Positions 41,588 through 52,605 of a stretch of 64,000 bases of DNA are shown here, in pieces. The stretch is from Methanobacteriota archaeon (GTDB lineage: Archaea; Thermoplasmatota; Poseidoniia; Poseidoniales; Poseidoniaceae): contig PSPT01000003.1 in assembly GCA_004195635.1 (NCBI GenBank), forward strand, positions 38,146 through 102,145, read 5' to 3'. Below the pieces are notes generated by a model. That model did not search any database and was not told where the DNA came from. It saw nothing but the letters and a program-made list of their open reading frames with translations. The translations under genes and the position numbers were made by a program. The stretch's first letter is position 1, and each line of letters starts with the position of its first letter.

Positions 41588-43147
41588 TCAGTTCTCCCGA
41601 GGGACATAGTACAGTTCAACACTACCTGTTCCCAAAGAGATTGGCTGACCAACAATGATGTTTTCTGCAACACCAGTTAAGCGATCACGCTCTCCTACAA
41701 TTCCTGCTCTTAGCAAGTGATTAACAGTAACTTCGAAAGCAGCACGGGCAAGAATACTGTGCTTTGTTCCAGACACACCGTGGCGGCCGATTGCTCGGAC
41801 TGCACCTTCGCTGGTCATTACATCAGCGACCATCAACAAGTGGCGGTCATCAACTTCCAAACGGGCTCCTTCAAGCGTCAACTTCAATTCATTTACTATT
41901 GCTTGACGAGCGGCTTCAATACCCAAGAAATCATAAATTTCCATGATATTATTTGTATATGTACGGCTTCGGTCAATTCCATCCATGTCAGAAACGCGGG
42001 TGAGATTACTTCCTATAGTAGAGAGATAATACTCACCTGTTTCATCATCAAGTTGAACATTGGCTCGTTGAATACTTGGGACGCCTTTTAATCGCAGGTC
42101 CTTTACCTTGTCTTCAAGTTGGAGCAATTCTGTATAAGAAGGGATTACATCTTTATCAGATTCAGTTTGTCGTCCTGGAACGATTGTCAATACCTTTGGA
42201 TTGCTTTCCTTATCTGCTTCGATGTAAAGGCGGAGGGCACGACCTAACTTGTCACGGACTTCGTCAGCAGTCATATTTCTCTGCTTCAGATTTCCCTTGT
42301 GCAGGTTCAAAACCAAACGGCGTTGTGCTACGTCGGTATTTAAGTCGGCAATATTCTTTGTAAGAGTTACTTCAAGTGCTGCTGCCATTTTCTTGGCTTC
42401 AAGTGCATTCTTTGAATCATCTTCAGATCTCTTTGAATCATCCAAATAAATTGTCATTGTTGGAGTCTGTGGTATCTTTCGAGCATCAACAACTTCGATA
42501 ATACGAGGCAAACCTTGAGTCACGTTAACTGTCGCAACACCCGCATAGTGGAAAGTACGCATAGTCATCTGAGTACCGGGTTCTCCAATTGATTGTGCTG
42601 TAAGAATTCCTGCTGCTTCGTGCGGGTCAATACGTGCGCGAGCAAAAGCAACTCGGGCTTGCTCAATGATAGATTCAGCCTGCTTCTTGGTAATCTTGAC
42701 CTTGTCTCTAGCAATAACTGCCTTTGTTAGGTCTGATAGAACTCGCTCGGTTAACATTGGGCTACCGGTGGCTTCATCAGCCTTTTCAAGGGCATTGAAA
42801 ATGGGGTTTTCAACAAATTCATGCAAATTTCCAATCATCTTTCGCTCATAGTCATAGGACTCCAACTCCTGCTCCACCTTAGGGCGAACAGTTCGTCGCT
42901 TTCGTCGGCGAACGACAGTAAGATTTCCTCCATCAATTGAACTTGAACGGGCAGACTTGGTTGCATTAACAATAATTTGATGCACCTTTGCAGCAGTTTC
43001 GCTATCTGTTTCGCAGATTTTTGCGATTTCCTGAGCAGTAAGAACTTTTACATTATCCCACTTTCTGTCATCTGCAAGAAGATGAGCAAATTCTTCAGGT
43101 ACAAGCATATCCATTAGTTTCTTCTTGGTTGCACTCTTTACTACCAT
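41588..43147 (-). CDS. rpoA2: RNA polymerase subunit A'' (Rpo1C) with N-terminal extension
   Basis: [30 protein letters not shown]; TGATG coupling with rpoA1. Confidence 0.98.
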   Translation of the reverse strand: MVVKSATKKKLMDMLVPEEFAHLLADDRKWDNVKVLTAQEIAKICETDSETAAKVHQIIVNATKSARSSSIDGGNLTVVRRRKRRTVRPKVEQELESYDYERKMIGNLHEFVENPIFNALEKADEATGSPMLTERVLSDLTKAVIARDKVKITKKQAESIIEQARVAFARARIDPHEAAGILTAQSIGEPGTQMTMRTFHYAGVATVNVTQGLPRIIEVVDARKIPQTPTMTIYLDDSKRSEDDSKNALEAKKMAAALEVTLTKNIADLNTDVAQRRLVLNLHKGNLKQRNMTADEVRDKLGRALRLYIEADKESNPKVLTIVPGRQTESDKDVIPSYTELLQLEDKVKDLRLKGVPSIQRANVQLDDETGEYYLSTIGSNLTRVSDMDGIDRSRTYTNNIMEIYDFLGIEAARQAIVNELKLTLEGARLEVDDRHLLMVADVMTSEGAVRAIGRHGVSGTKHSILARAAFEVTVNHLLRAGIVGERDRLTGVAENIIVGQPISLGTGSVELYYVPREN

Positions 43148-46100
43148 CAAACTTCACCTCCATCGGTTTCTGCTGGGCTATCCTCATAACCGCCAAGGTC
43201 ATCTTCATCGCGGTTATATGAATCACGTTCTTCGGAACGCTTCTTTGGGCCAATTACTTTATCGATAATTACATCAAAGTTAACGGGGTTACCGTGGTTA
43301 GAACGAGTTGGGTCGATACCATCCTCTCCGTATTCGAATTGAATGATACGATCTGCGGTATTTCGTACCGACAACTTTTCATCCTTGAAAACTTTTAAGT
43401 CATCCATTGCGTTAATTAGACGGCGTTGCATATAACCAGACTTACTGGTACGAACCGCAGTATCAACTAACGATTCACGACCTGAAACTGAAAGCATAAA
43501 GAATTCAGTAGGCTGCAAACCACGTTTGAAGGAACTGCTGATGAAACCTTTTTGTCGAGCTCCTTTGTCTCCTCGCTTGAAGTGTGTCAGTACACGGTCT
43601 TGGTATCCGCGCTCTAATCTCTTTCCACGCACCTTTGCCTGACCAATAGAACCAGCCATCATGGTCAAGTTGTCCATTGAACCACGAGCGCCAGAAACAG
43701 CCATGCTAACTGCAGCGTTATCTTCGCCGCTTGCGAGTAATTCTTCCTTCGCAACATCACCAGTTTTTCCCTTTTGCTTGTCAAGAATCATCATGATGTT
43801 TTCCTCAAGAGTTTCCTTTAAAGTGCGGCCAGGACGGGCTTCATAACCTCTTCCGGTTTTTCCGTACTTTGCCATTTCCTCTCTTACGAGTTCACGAGCA
43901 TCTTCATTGATTTGCTCAATTTGTTCAAGAGCACCAGGAGTTAAATCCTCATCATCAATACCTGTTGTGAAACCTAACGCAGTACATGCAGCAATAGTGA
44001 TTTTTGTCATTTCGTTGAGGAATTTTGCACCTTCGTCTGGTCCATTTGTTTGAACAACAGCATCCAATAGACTTCCATCTTCAGCACCAATCGCTCTCTT
44101 GTCAAGAGTACCTGAAAGGCTGCGGCCGTTAACCACAACTTCCTCTCCACTTCGATTATTAAATCGTAGACTGATGTTTTCGGGAACAATTAGGCCTAGC
44201 AGATCGTGTCCACTAAATCCCTTTACTCCTTCCTTTAGAATCATCTTTGGCATTTTTCCTACATAGCCGATTCTTCCGATGATTTCCATAGCAGTTGATT
44301 CATCAACCCAAGTGTCGCCGCGTGTAAGTAGGTAAGCACCAGAAATGTGGTCGTGTATTCCACCAATTACTGCTCCACCATAACGGGGGGTTAAGATGTG
44401 TTCTTGGACTCTCATCAAAATTTGAGCCTCAGCACGGGCCTCTTCTCCCTGAATAACGTGCAAATTCATCTCATCACCATCAAAATCCGCGTTGTATGGA
44501 GTACATACTGCTAGATTGAAACGGAATGTTCTACCTGGCATTACACGAACTTCGTGAACCATCATAGACATTCGGTGTAGAGATGGCTGCCGGTTAAAGA
44601 TAGCAACATCACCATCGATTAGGTGACGTTCAACGATTAGACCGGGCTTTGGCAAACCATCTTGATCTACAGTAGATAGACGGTCATCTGTTCGTGAAGG
44701 GAAACCATTAGTTTCAGGTGAACCACAGTGAGGGCAAGTAACTTCCAAATGTTCAGGATAGTCGTCATCTGGATTAGCCAAATCCCACTTCCAGCGATAG
44801 TGCAAGATAGCACGAGGGTCTTCTTCGGGGAGAATCTGACGCTTGTCATCTTCACCACGGAGGTTTAGTAGAGTTGCCTTTTCGTCAACAATAAAGTAAT
44901 CCTCAGACTCTGGCTCTCCACCAATAGTAGTTTCAACCCGGCGAGTCATCTGTTTGATAACAAGTCCTGGTAGGAAGTTAGGTGCAGGTAGAACGCTGTG
45001 AAGGTCATGGCGCAATGTTGTTTCTTCCATGCAATCTGGGTTGAAACAACGGAAACCGGAATTGATTAGACGGCTGCGGTCATTAATTCTCACACGGCGA
45101 CCATCATTTCGAAGAACATAGTTTACACCTGGGTGCTTTTCTGGACCCTTGAAAATCATCTGGCGCAATTCCTCTCGGTTACGGCGGGTAACACGAATAG
45201 GCACAGTAAGTTCACGGGCAACCCATTCAGGTACACCTACTTCGTTGATGCTTAGGAATGGGTCTGGTGAGATAACAGAACGGGCACAGAAATTAACACG
45301 CTTACCGGACAAGTTACTACGGAAACGTCCTTCCTTACCTTTGAGACGTTGTGTGAGCGTCTTTAATGGGCGGCCAGAACGGTGTCTGGCCGGTGGGATT
45401 CCACTTGTTTGGTTGTCAAAGTAAGTTGTAATGTGGTATTGCAGTAATTCCCACAAATCCTCAACAATTAGTTGCGGAGCACCAGCATCACGATTTTCAC
45501 GAAGGCGCTGATTAATTCGAAGAACGTCAACTAACTTGTGAGTCAAATCATCCTCAGAACGGTCTCCACTATCTAGGGTGATAGAAGGTCGAACTGTAAT
45601 TGGTGGTACTGGTAATACCCGCATTACAACCCATTCAGGGCGGTTTGAACGGTCCATGCCGAGGAAGATTAGGTCATTTGGTGGAATTCGTTCCAGCCAT
45701 TCACGAACATCGCGAGCATTTAATTTCTTTTCAGTGATCTTGCTTGCTCCCTTTACATCCATCTTTTCCTTGAAAGTTGTTGGCTTATCCAATTGAATCT
45801 TACCTTGGCTTGCTCCGCAATGCATACAAACCGCACGCTTTGCAGAGGCGGTTAACTTCTCAATATCCTTAATCGCCTTGGCGAATTCTTTAGAACCTAC
45901 ACCGTGCTTCAAATTGACATCATTCACTCGGGCTCGGTAGTAATCTTGCTCAGATAATTCAGGATTTGAAGGGTGAGTTCCTGCTGCTTCGTGCAAAAGA
46001 ACACGGCTACAAACATTACAAGTCACCTTTAGAGCAGTCTTGATTAGATTCACGAAACCGATGTGAGTGACTGGAAGTTCAAGTTGGATGTGCCCAAAGT

Positions 46101-46332
46101 GACTAGGGCATTCATCGTACTTATTTCCACATGTATCACAACGAATCCCCGGCTCAATAACACCCATCTTAGGGTCCATCAATCCTTGGCGGAATGCATG
46201 TCCGTCATCTTTGTAAGTATCTGCTGTCTTAACTTCAACTGCAGACATTTTACGGATTTCATTTGGGTCCATTAAGTTGAACCTAATGCTTGAAATTCGC
46301 TTTGGAATCATGGTAATTGAACTTTGCTTCAT
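43147..46332 (-). CDS. rpoA1: RNA polymerase subunit A' (Rpo1N)
   Basis: [33 protein letters not shown]. Confidence 0.99.
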   Translation of the reverse strand: MKQSSITMIPKRISSIRFNLMDPNEIRKMSAVEVKTADTYKDDGHAFRQGLMDPKMGVIEPGIRCDTCGNKYDECPSHFGHIQLELPVTHIGFVNLIKTALKVTCNVCSRVLLHEAAGTHPSNPELSEQDYYRARVNDVNLKHGVGSKEFAKAIKDIEKLTASAKRAVCMHCGASQGKIQLDKPTTFKEKMDVKGASKITEKKLNARDVREWLERIPPNDLIFLGMDRSNRPEWVVMRVLPVPPITVRPSITLDSGDRSEDDLTHKLVDVLRINQRLRENRDAGAPQLIVEDLWELLQYHITTYFDNQTSGIPPARHRSGRPLKTLTQRLKGKEGRFRSNLSGKRVNFCARSVISPDPFLSINEVGVPEWVARELTVPIRVTRRNREELRQMIFKGPEKHPGVNYVLRNDGRRVRINDRSRLINSGFRCFNPDCMEETTLRHDLHSVLPAPNFLPGLVIKQMTRRVETTIGGEPESEDYFIVDEKATLLNLRGEDDKRQILPEEDPRAILHYRWKWDLANPDDDYPEHLEVTCPHCGSPETNGFPSRTDDRLSTVDQDGLPKPGLIVERHLIDGDVAIFNRQPSLHRMSMMVHEVRVMPGRTFRFNLAVCTPYNADFDGDEMNLHVIQGEEARAEAQILMRVQEHILTPRYGGAVIGGIHDHISGAYLLTRGDTWVDESTAMEIIGRIGYVGKMPKMILKEGVKGFSGHDLLGLIVPENISLRFNNRSGEEVVVNGRSLSGTLDKRAIGAEDGSLLDAVVQTNGPDEGAKFLNEMTKITIAACTALGFTTGIDDEDLTPGALEQIEQINEDARELVREEMAKYGKTGRGYEARPGRTLKETLEENIMMILDKQKGKTGDVAKEELLASGEDNAAVSMAVSGARGSMDNLTMMAGSIGQAKVRGKRLERGYQDRVLTHFKRGDKGARQKGFISSSFKRGLQPTEFFMLSVSGRESLVDTAVRTSKSGYMQRRLINAMDDLKVFKDEKLSVRNTADRIIQFEYGEDGIDPTRSNHGNPVNFDVIIDKVIGPKKRSEERDSYNRDEDDLGGYEDSPAETDGGEV

Positions 46333-49300
46333 CTTGAATCCTCCAGCTCTAAGCGCATGGCCACACCTAACGATTTCATTTCGTCAAGTAATAACTTAAA
46401 TGCGTAAGAAGTTTGTACTTCGTGAACTTCAGCACCTGGGCCGAGTACCGGTGACACATAGGTGCGTCTTCGCCAATCATACCAAGCGATATGCCCAGAT
46501 TCTGAACATACCAGCAATTTTTCTCCATCCGACTGATCGAGTAAACGGTCCTTGATGACCATTGATGCGCCGTGAGCAATCAAACAATCACGCTCCATTT
46601 CACCAAATCTTAGTCCACCCTGACGAGCACGACCTTCTGTTGGTTGACGAGTTAGGATTTGCACACGACCACGGCTTCTAGCGTGGATTTTACTGCTTAC
46701 CATGTGGTGCAACTTCTGATAATAAATGACACCAACAAAAATATCTACGGGGTATGCCACTCCAGTTTCACCATTTATCATGACTTCACGACCAGTGTGG
46801 TTGAAGCCATTTCGCACTAATCCTTCACGGAGGCTGGTTTCCTTCTCACCGCGGAACGCAGTTCCATCGATGAAGCGTCCTTCAAGACTACCTACTTTGC
46901 CAGCAATCATTTCCATTACGTGAGCAACAGTCATTCTACTTGGGATAGCGTGAGGATTGATAATTAGGTCTGGGATGACTCCATCTCGAGTGAAAGGCAT
47001 ATCCTCTTGATTGACCAAGCGACCAATAACTCCCTTCTGTCCGTGACGACTAGAGAATTTGTCACCTACTTCAGGAATCTTATGTGAACGAACGGTTAGG
47101 CGTACGAGGCGTCCGCTATCCAAACTCTCAGTGAGATAAACATTGTCAACATAGCCCTTTTCACCATGGCGAATTGCCATGGAAGATTCACGTCGTTCTT
47201 GGGCTTGTAAGAAGGCACCAGCGCCGGTTTCTTCGAGGAAACGAGGAGGGCTTGTCTTTCCAACAACAACATCTCCGCCTTCGAGATAAACTTCCGGGGT
47301 CGGCAATCCATCATTTTCAAGGTGTTCATAGCAGCTAAGGGGTTTTAATCCCTTGATTTCTTCCTTCCCTGTTCCGGGAATTTCAATTTCATCGACTTGT
47401 CCACCTGGGAATCTACGGCGTTCAGCATTGTATGTACGCATGAAGGTTGAACGGCCCATTGCACGGTCAATACTTGACTTATTCATTGCAACTGCGTCCT
47501 GCATGTTATATCCGTGGTGAGACATAATAGCGACAACGAAATTCTGACCTCCGGGGCGCTCATTGAAGTTTGTAGTCTTCATAGCACGAGTTTGCGTAAT
47601 GGAACGTTGTGGGTAGTGGAGTAAGTGCATTCGGGTATCTGGGCGAAGGCGGTAGTTTGCACTCGGCAAACCAAGACTCTGCTTGACCATTGCTGTACCA
47701 CCAGTAACACGTGGGGTAGAATTGTGTTCGGGGTAAGGAATTAGACTTGCACAAACTCCAAGAATTAGTTGAGGGTCAATTTCAACGTGAGTGAACTCAC
47801 TGTCAAAGTTTAGAGGTAAGGAAAAAGATTCCTCTACCCATTCACCATTTGAAAGTTGAACTTTTGCAGTAACCTTTGCTTCAGTAGCGCCATCTTCACC
47901 AAGATTATCCCAACGGACATTCTCAGGAGCGATTGGGCGCTTCAACTTGGGAGTCAAATTAGGAAGATTGAATGGTTTAGGTGAAACATAGAGATCTTCT
48001 TCTTCCTCAGCATCAATCCACTCTACTATACCCTTGTGTAGAAGATCACGGAAGGTAATTTCACCAGCCTTTAAACCTTCCAAATCATCATTTGTGAGTA
48101 AGGGTGAACCATCGCGAAGAATCAATAATGGGCGCAGAATACGTCCCTTGTCAGTACTAATGAAAATATCACTGTTTGCAGCATCATAACGAATACTTAC
48201 TTCAGGGCGGATTGCTCCACGACGACGTGCATTCTTGAATTGGCGAACTAAACTTTTACCGCGCTTGTGGACTCCGTAAATGTCACCATTCACGTGAACA
48301 CGGTCTCCATCAGTCCAGTCCTCTGGCTGGAAAACATCGAATTCGTCTAGTTGTTCACGAACTTCCTCAACATTTGCTTCTTCTGAGATATCAACCATCA
48401 AAGCAGCATTCTTTACAAGACCACAGTTCTGTCCTTCAGGGGTTTCGTTGGGACATAGGCGACCCCATTGTGTTGGGTGCAAATCACGTGCTTCAAAGTG
48501 AGGTTGACTGCGAACAAGGGGGCTTGTTACGCGACGCATGTGGCTCAATGCCGAGGTATAGGTAGTTCTGTCAAGTAATTGACTGACACCACTTCGTCCA
48601 CCGACCCAGTTACCTGTTGCCAGTGCATGCATAATTTTGGAAGTCAAAACATCTGGGCGTAAACAGGAAGTGATTTTCAATTCACGCTTTCGGTTGTGGT
48701 GGCGCTCAAGTTGGTACTTCAAATCACGAGCAAGTTGGTTAAGTGAAACACGGAATAAGTCCTCGAATAAGTCACCTGCAAGACGAACACGCTTGTTTGC
48801 ATAGTGGTCTTTATCATTTGGCCCTTTGTCTGAAATAGCCATATCCAATACTTGGCGGACGATACGTCCTAGGAATACTGCCTTTTTCTTTCGGTCTTCA
48901 TAATCGCCACCTAGGTGAGGTAGTAATTCACGGTCAAGTAGTTGGGCAACTCTTGCTTCACGGTATTCTTTCTGCTGTCCAGCAGCGAATTTCTTCTCAA
49001 GCCATTGATGAGCATCATCGGTAGATTCTACTTCATATTCCTTGTTGTCCTTCACTTCGTTGATGTTTGCTACGATGAACTTGAAGGTTTCAGTTTCTCC
49101 AGCAATAGCTTGGAAAATCTCCTGGTCATTCTCAATACCAAGCGCACCCATCAAAAGCACAACTGGTATTGCAGTAGTCCCTGCAGTGCTGATTTTAACC
49201 ATCAACATACCATCACGGCGCTTTTCAACAGAAAGTGGTTTTCGCACACCATCTTTTTGTGAGAATATCTTAGCCATCTCGGTCTTCTTCTTGTATCTCT

Positions 49301-49928
49301 TATTGAGTTCAACAGTAACTCGGTTTGGCGCTAAGTCTTCCATTGAAATGAGAACTCTTTCTGTTCCATTGATAATGAAATATCCACCTTGGTCAAGAGG
49401 ATCTTCTCCTTTTTCTCTCCAAAGGCGGAAAGCAGTTTCCTTGTCATCTTCATTTGTATTAGGATGCAAGACGCGGTCATTTAGCAAGTGAGAGGGGTGT
49501 AGGTTACAACGGCGGCTTCGCACCATGGTTGGTAAATTACCAATAGCAACTCCTTTTTCAACAGGAGATGGGATTCCATCACGGAAAATAGTGAAATCAA
49601 TTGTAACTGGAGACATGTATGTCAACTTTCGCAGTCGGCATTCCATTGGTGAAGAATCGTGCTCACTACCGTTTGCTTCTCGGATAACTGGAGAACCAAG
49701 TGTAATGTTACGTAGGCGAATAAATATTTCTTGGTCGATTACGTCGAGTTTGATAACTCCACCTTCTTCATCCTCAAAAATATCGTCGGTACCAACACGG
49801 ATTCCACGAACAATCCTTTCCATTCTGGAATTGCGGTTGCTACTTGAGGGTATACAGTCATCGTATGACGCTACTTGGTGGTTCACTAGTGAACGCTCTT
49901 TGAAATATGCTTCAATAATTTCTTGCAT
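46329..49928 (-). CDS. rpoB: RNA polymerase subunit B (unsplit Rpo2)
   Basis: GGYFIINGTERV, ETPEGQNCGL, GDKFSSRHGQKG, GLRFGEMERD. Confidence 0.99.
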   Translation of the reverse strand: MQEIIEAYFKERSLVNHQVASYDDCIPSSSNRNSRMERIVRGIRVGTDDIFEDEEGGVIKLDVIDQEIFIRLRNITLGSPVIREANGSEHDSSPMECRLRKLTYMSPVTIDFTIFRDGIPSPVEKGVAIGNLPTMVRSRRCNLHPSHLLNDRVLHPNTNEDDKETAFRLWREKGEDPLDQGGYFIINGTERVLISMEDLAPNRVTVELNKRYKKKTEMAKIFSQKDGVRKPLSVEKRRDGMLMVKISTAGTTAIPVVLLMGALGIENDQEIFQAIAGETETFKFIVANINEVKDNKEYEVESTDDAHQWLEKKFAAGQQKEYREARVAQLLDRELLPHLGGDYEDRKKKAVFLGRIVRQVLDMAISDKGPNDKDHYANKRVRLAGDLFEDLFRVSLNQLARDLKYQLERHHNRKRELKITSCLRPDVLTSKIMHALATGNWVGGRSGVSQLLDRTTYTSALSHMRRVTSPLVRSQPHFEARDLHPTQWGRLCPNETPEGQNCGLVKNAALMVDISEEANVEEVREQLDEFDVFQPEDWTDGDRVHVNGDIYGVHKRGKSLVRQFKNARRRGAIRPEVSIRYDAANSDIFISTDKGRILRPLLILRDGSPLLTNDDLEGLKAGEITFRDLLHKGIVEWIDAEEEEDLYVSPKPFNLPNLTPKLKRPIAPENVRWDNLGEDGATEAKVTAKVQLSNGEWVEESFSLPLNFDSEFTHVEIDPQLILGVCASLIPYPEHNSTPRVTGGTAMVKQSLGLPSANYRLRPDTRMHLLHYPQRSITQTRAMKTTNFNERPGGQNFVVAIMSHHGYNMQDAVAMNKSSIDRAMGRSTFMRTYNAERRRFPGGQVDEIEIPGTGKEEIKGLKPLSCYEHLENDGLPTPEVYLEGGDVVVGKTSPPRFLEETGAGAFLQAQERRESSMAIRHGEKGYVDNVYLTESLDSGRLVRLTVRSHKIPEVGDKFSSRHGQKGVIGRLVNQEDMPFTRDGVIPDLIINPHAIPSRMTVAHVMEMIAGKVGSLEGRFIDGTAFRGEKETSLREGLVRNGFNHTGREVMINGETGVAYPVDIFVGVIYYQKLHHMVSSKIHARSRGRVQILTRQPTEGRARQGGLRFGEMERDCLIAHGASMVIKDRLLDQSDGEKLLVCSESGHIAWYDWRRRTYVSPVLGPGAEVHEVQTSYAFKLLLDEMKSLGVAMRLELEDSR

Positions 49929-49940
49929 CTTAATTCCTCC

Positions 49941-50564
49941 TTAATTTGTTCCCTCTACGATAAGGCGGTAAGCCACTGAAGTGCCTGCAGAAGGGCTCTT
50001 GCGAATCACTCGCAAAACTCGGTCGGCTAACCATCCAGCAGGGAGTGGGGTGTGCCCCTCATCTTCCAGCGATTTTGCCATGTCTTCCTTTTCGGCTATT
50101 TCTTTGATCACTTGAATGACGGGGTCGGTCATTAGGATCTTTGGGAGTAATTCTTTTCGCAGGCGATGCTCGCCTGTTTCCTCATCTATTTCACCGAGGT
50201 TCCATGGTGCTAGTGCATCTTCTTCCTCTTCCTCAGGAACCAATTCTTGATGAGGGACGATTACGTGATTAAGAACATTAAACTTGGTAAGCCCCATTGG
50301 GAAGTCATCAATGTCAACTGCGCGCGCATTGATAGTAATTTTCTTGGATGCCTTTTTACGGCGGTTAGTGGTAAGTTCACGAATAACATTCATGATGTTT
50401 GCAAAGCGGTCATCTTCTTTGCTCATTCCAACGGCTTTTGCGACCTCGTCAATTGACATCTGCTTGATATCAGCCATGTTTCGATCAGTAGCGAGTTTGT
50501 GAGCGTGTTCCTCAGCAATCCCCATTTCTTGCAGTCGCTTTTTTGTTGCGCTCTTTACCACCAT
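49941..50564 (-). CDS. rpoH: RNA polymerase subunit H (Rpo5) with N-terminal extension and insertions
   Basis: HVIVPHQE, LPKILMTDPV, RKSPSAGTSVAYRL; first gene of the operon. Confidence 0.95.
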   Translation of the reverse strand: MVVKSATKKRLQEMGIAEEHAHKLATDRNMADIKQMSIDEVAKAVGMSKEDDRFANIMNVIRELTTNRRKKASKKITINARAVDIDDFPMGLTKFNVLNHVIVPHQELVPEEEEEDALAPWNLGEIDEETGEHRLRKELLPKILMTDPVIQVIKEIAEKEDMAKSLEDEGHTPLPAGWLADRVLRVIRKSPSAGTSVAYRLIVEGTN

Positions 50565-50594
50565 TTTGCTAACCCCAATACCCTTCTCGTCACC

Positions 50595-50612
50595 GGCCTG
50601 TATCCCAGCCAG
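50595..50612. repeat. Inverted copy (16/18) of the tRNA-Lys 5' end located in the tRNA trailer / rpoH leader
   Basis: ggcctgtatcccagccag versus the reverse complement of 50671-50688, ggcctgtagctcagccag. Confidence 0.85.
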
Positions 50613-50615
50613 AAG

Positions 50616-50689
50616 CGGGCCTGACGGGGTTCGAACCCGCGACTAACCGGTTAAAAGCCGGTTGCTCCACCTGGCTGAGCTACAGGCCC
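50616..50689 (-). tRNA. tRNA-Lys (anticodon UUU)
   Basis: GGGCCTG...CAGGCCC; anticodon arm ACCGG-CTTTTAA-CCGGT. Confidence 0.97.
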
Positions 50690-50878
50690 AAATGACACTC
50701 TGGGCCACCCGCCGTCCTACATCTCCCCTAAAAACACTACGGTGCGAAAAACATAGACCACGCTGGGCATCCTCGACGTATTGACGCCCGGAGTTAACTA
50801 AACCTTAGACCTCCGATGCAATAAAGCCTTCGTGCCTCCTCCCATTGATTATTCCACCTGCAATAGGGGCTCAGTACC

Positions 50879-52509
50879 ATGGTTAGACATAGTCTTTTCA
50901 CAAACTCAGAGGTTGAACGAGAAAGAGAAATCTTGCAATCTAGGGGTAGGAAAGTCATCTGGTTGACACCCGATAATCAGGAAATAGAGGCTCAAATACC
51001 CCCCACGACCTACCCCCCGAGAAAGGACACCTCAATGCTCGCCGAAGCGATTTTTTCTTTGGGTGAAGGAAGGGGGCGAAAAATGCTTGAAATCGGTTGT
51101 GGAAGTGGAGTAATAGGCACTTGGGCAAATCAAAGAAATTGGCGATGTTCGGCTTGTGATATTAACCCGTATTCTGTAGCCGCAACTAGGGCATTATTCA
51201 GCAACTACGGATTCCCTCCAGAAATGGTCCGAGAAGGAGGGCCAGGTGAAGGAGCGAACTCTGCTTGGGCTGGAGATGAAAATTACGACCTTATCGTCTG
51301 GAATTTACCTTATATGAGTCCACCCCAAAATGCCACGGAATTACTTGGACCTCTCGAAGAATCAGCATTGCTTGACCTTGAAAAGGACGGCACTGATTCG
51401 CTATTGCTCAACTCACTCCAAACTATTGAACCTAACTCAGCAAGCATTTCGCACACTAAAACCCAGCACCCAACCGCAGCAGATGCCCTCAACATCTCAG
51501 CCTCTGCACAAACCCAGCAAACCTCATTCAAGGGAAGTCGATTGCTTGCAAAAGGTGGCTTGATATTATTAGTTCACTCATCAAATGAAAACGGACGAAG
51601 AATATCTGGGAAATGGGCCAAAAAGGGTTGGGCGAGTAAAATCATTCATTCAACTTCTTTTGCAGATGGAGAAGAATTGTTTGTTTTGGCTCTTTGGCGG
51701 GCTTTTTCTGAGGCCCGAGTAGAACGCGTTGATTCAATTGATTCTACCAATCGCTACTTACTGGAAAAGGGTGGTCGACTCGGAAGCAGGATCTGTGCAA
51801 TCCAGCAAACGGAAGGCCGCGGCATGTCAAACAATAAGTGGGATACAAGAGATGGAAGTTTTGCTTGCTCTTGGGTTTTACATGATGGAATGCAAACTCA
51901 ATTCAAACCTGGGCAGGCGCAATTGCTCGCAGGCCTAGCCACTCTAAAGGCAATAAACTTCCTTACCGATGACACAGGCGGTACAAAAAAAGAGGGCGTT
52001 TTCAAAGGAATTGAAATATTCCAAAAATGGCCGAATGACATTTGGTCAAAACACGGAAAGGTAGCAGGAATTCTCATTGAAGGGCGCTCGGATGGGACAA
52101 AGCAAACTATCGTCTTAGGAATCGGCGTCAACCTATGCGAAATAGCAAGCGGCCCCTCATCTGCATACTCCAAGCAAAATACTGCGCATGAACACAAATA
52201 CCCTCATGATTCTTTGCAAAATATGCCACCCTCGCCAGTTATTTTGAAAATCCCCCACTGCAAATTCTACCCACAGAAAAGGAAAATATTATCCCACAAA
52301 CCGACATTAGTTTCATCGCTGAAAAAGCACAGATTTTTTCCAACATTACACACTACTTGCACCATCACTCTAAACCTATGATTAACGGTGTAGTAGTCAA
52401 ACCAACAGACATCAATTCCGATGGAGAGTTAGTAGTTACTCACAAAGGAGAGAGCATCTCAATAGACTCGCCATCTCAACTTACTTGGCCACACAAAAGC
52501 CAACCCTAA
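50879..52509 (+). CDS. Fusion of HemK2/PrmC-like SAM methyltransferase and biotin-protein ligase (BirA catalytic domain); frameshift near 52210-52225
   Basis: TYPPRKDT, LEIGCGSG, DINP, WNLPY; then IDSTN, QTEGRG, KWPND, KVAGIL, LGIGVN; C-terminal domain continues in the -1 frame to TAA 52509. Confidence 0.8.
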
Positions 52510-52605
52510 ACTCGTGATGTTTAACCAACTCATTCTCATTCAGACAATGCTCACTTCAGCAAGTAGCATCGATCATTATTGATTGCTAATAAACCTGAAA
52601 ATGAA

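Noticed and set aside
44650-45070. Intein in RpoA'
   Set aside because: No His-Asn/Cys-Ser-Thr splice junction or LAGLIDADG motifs.
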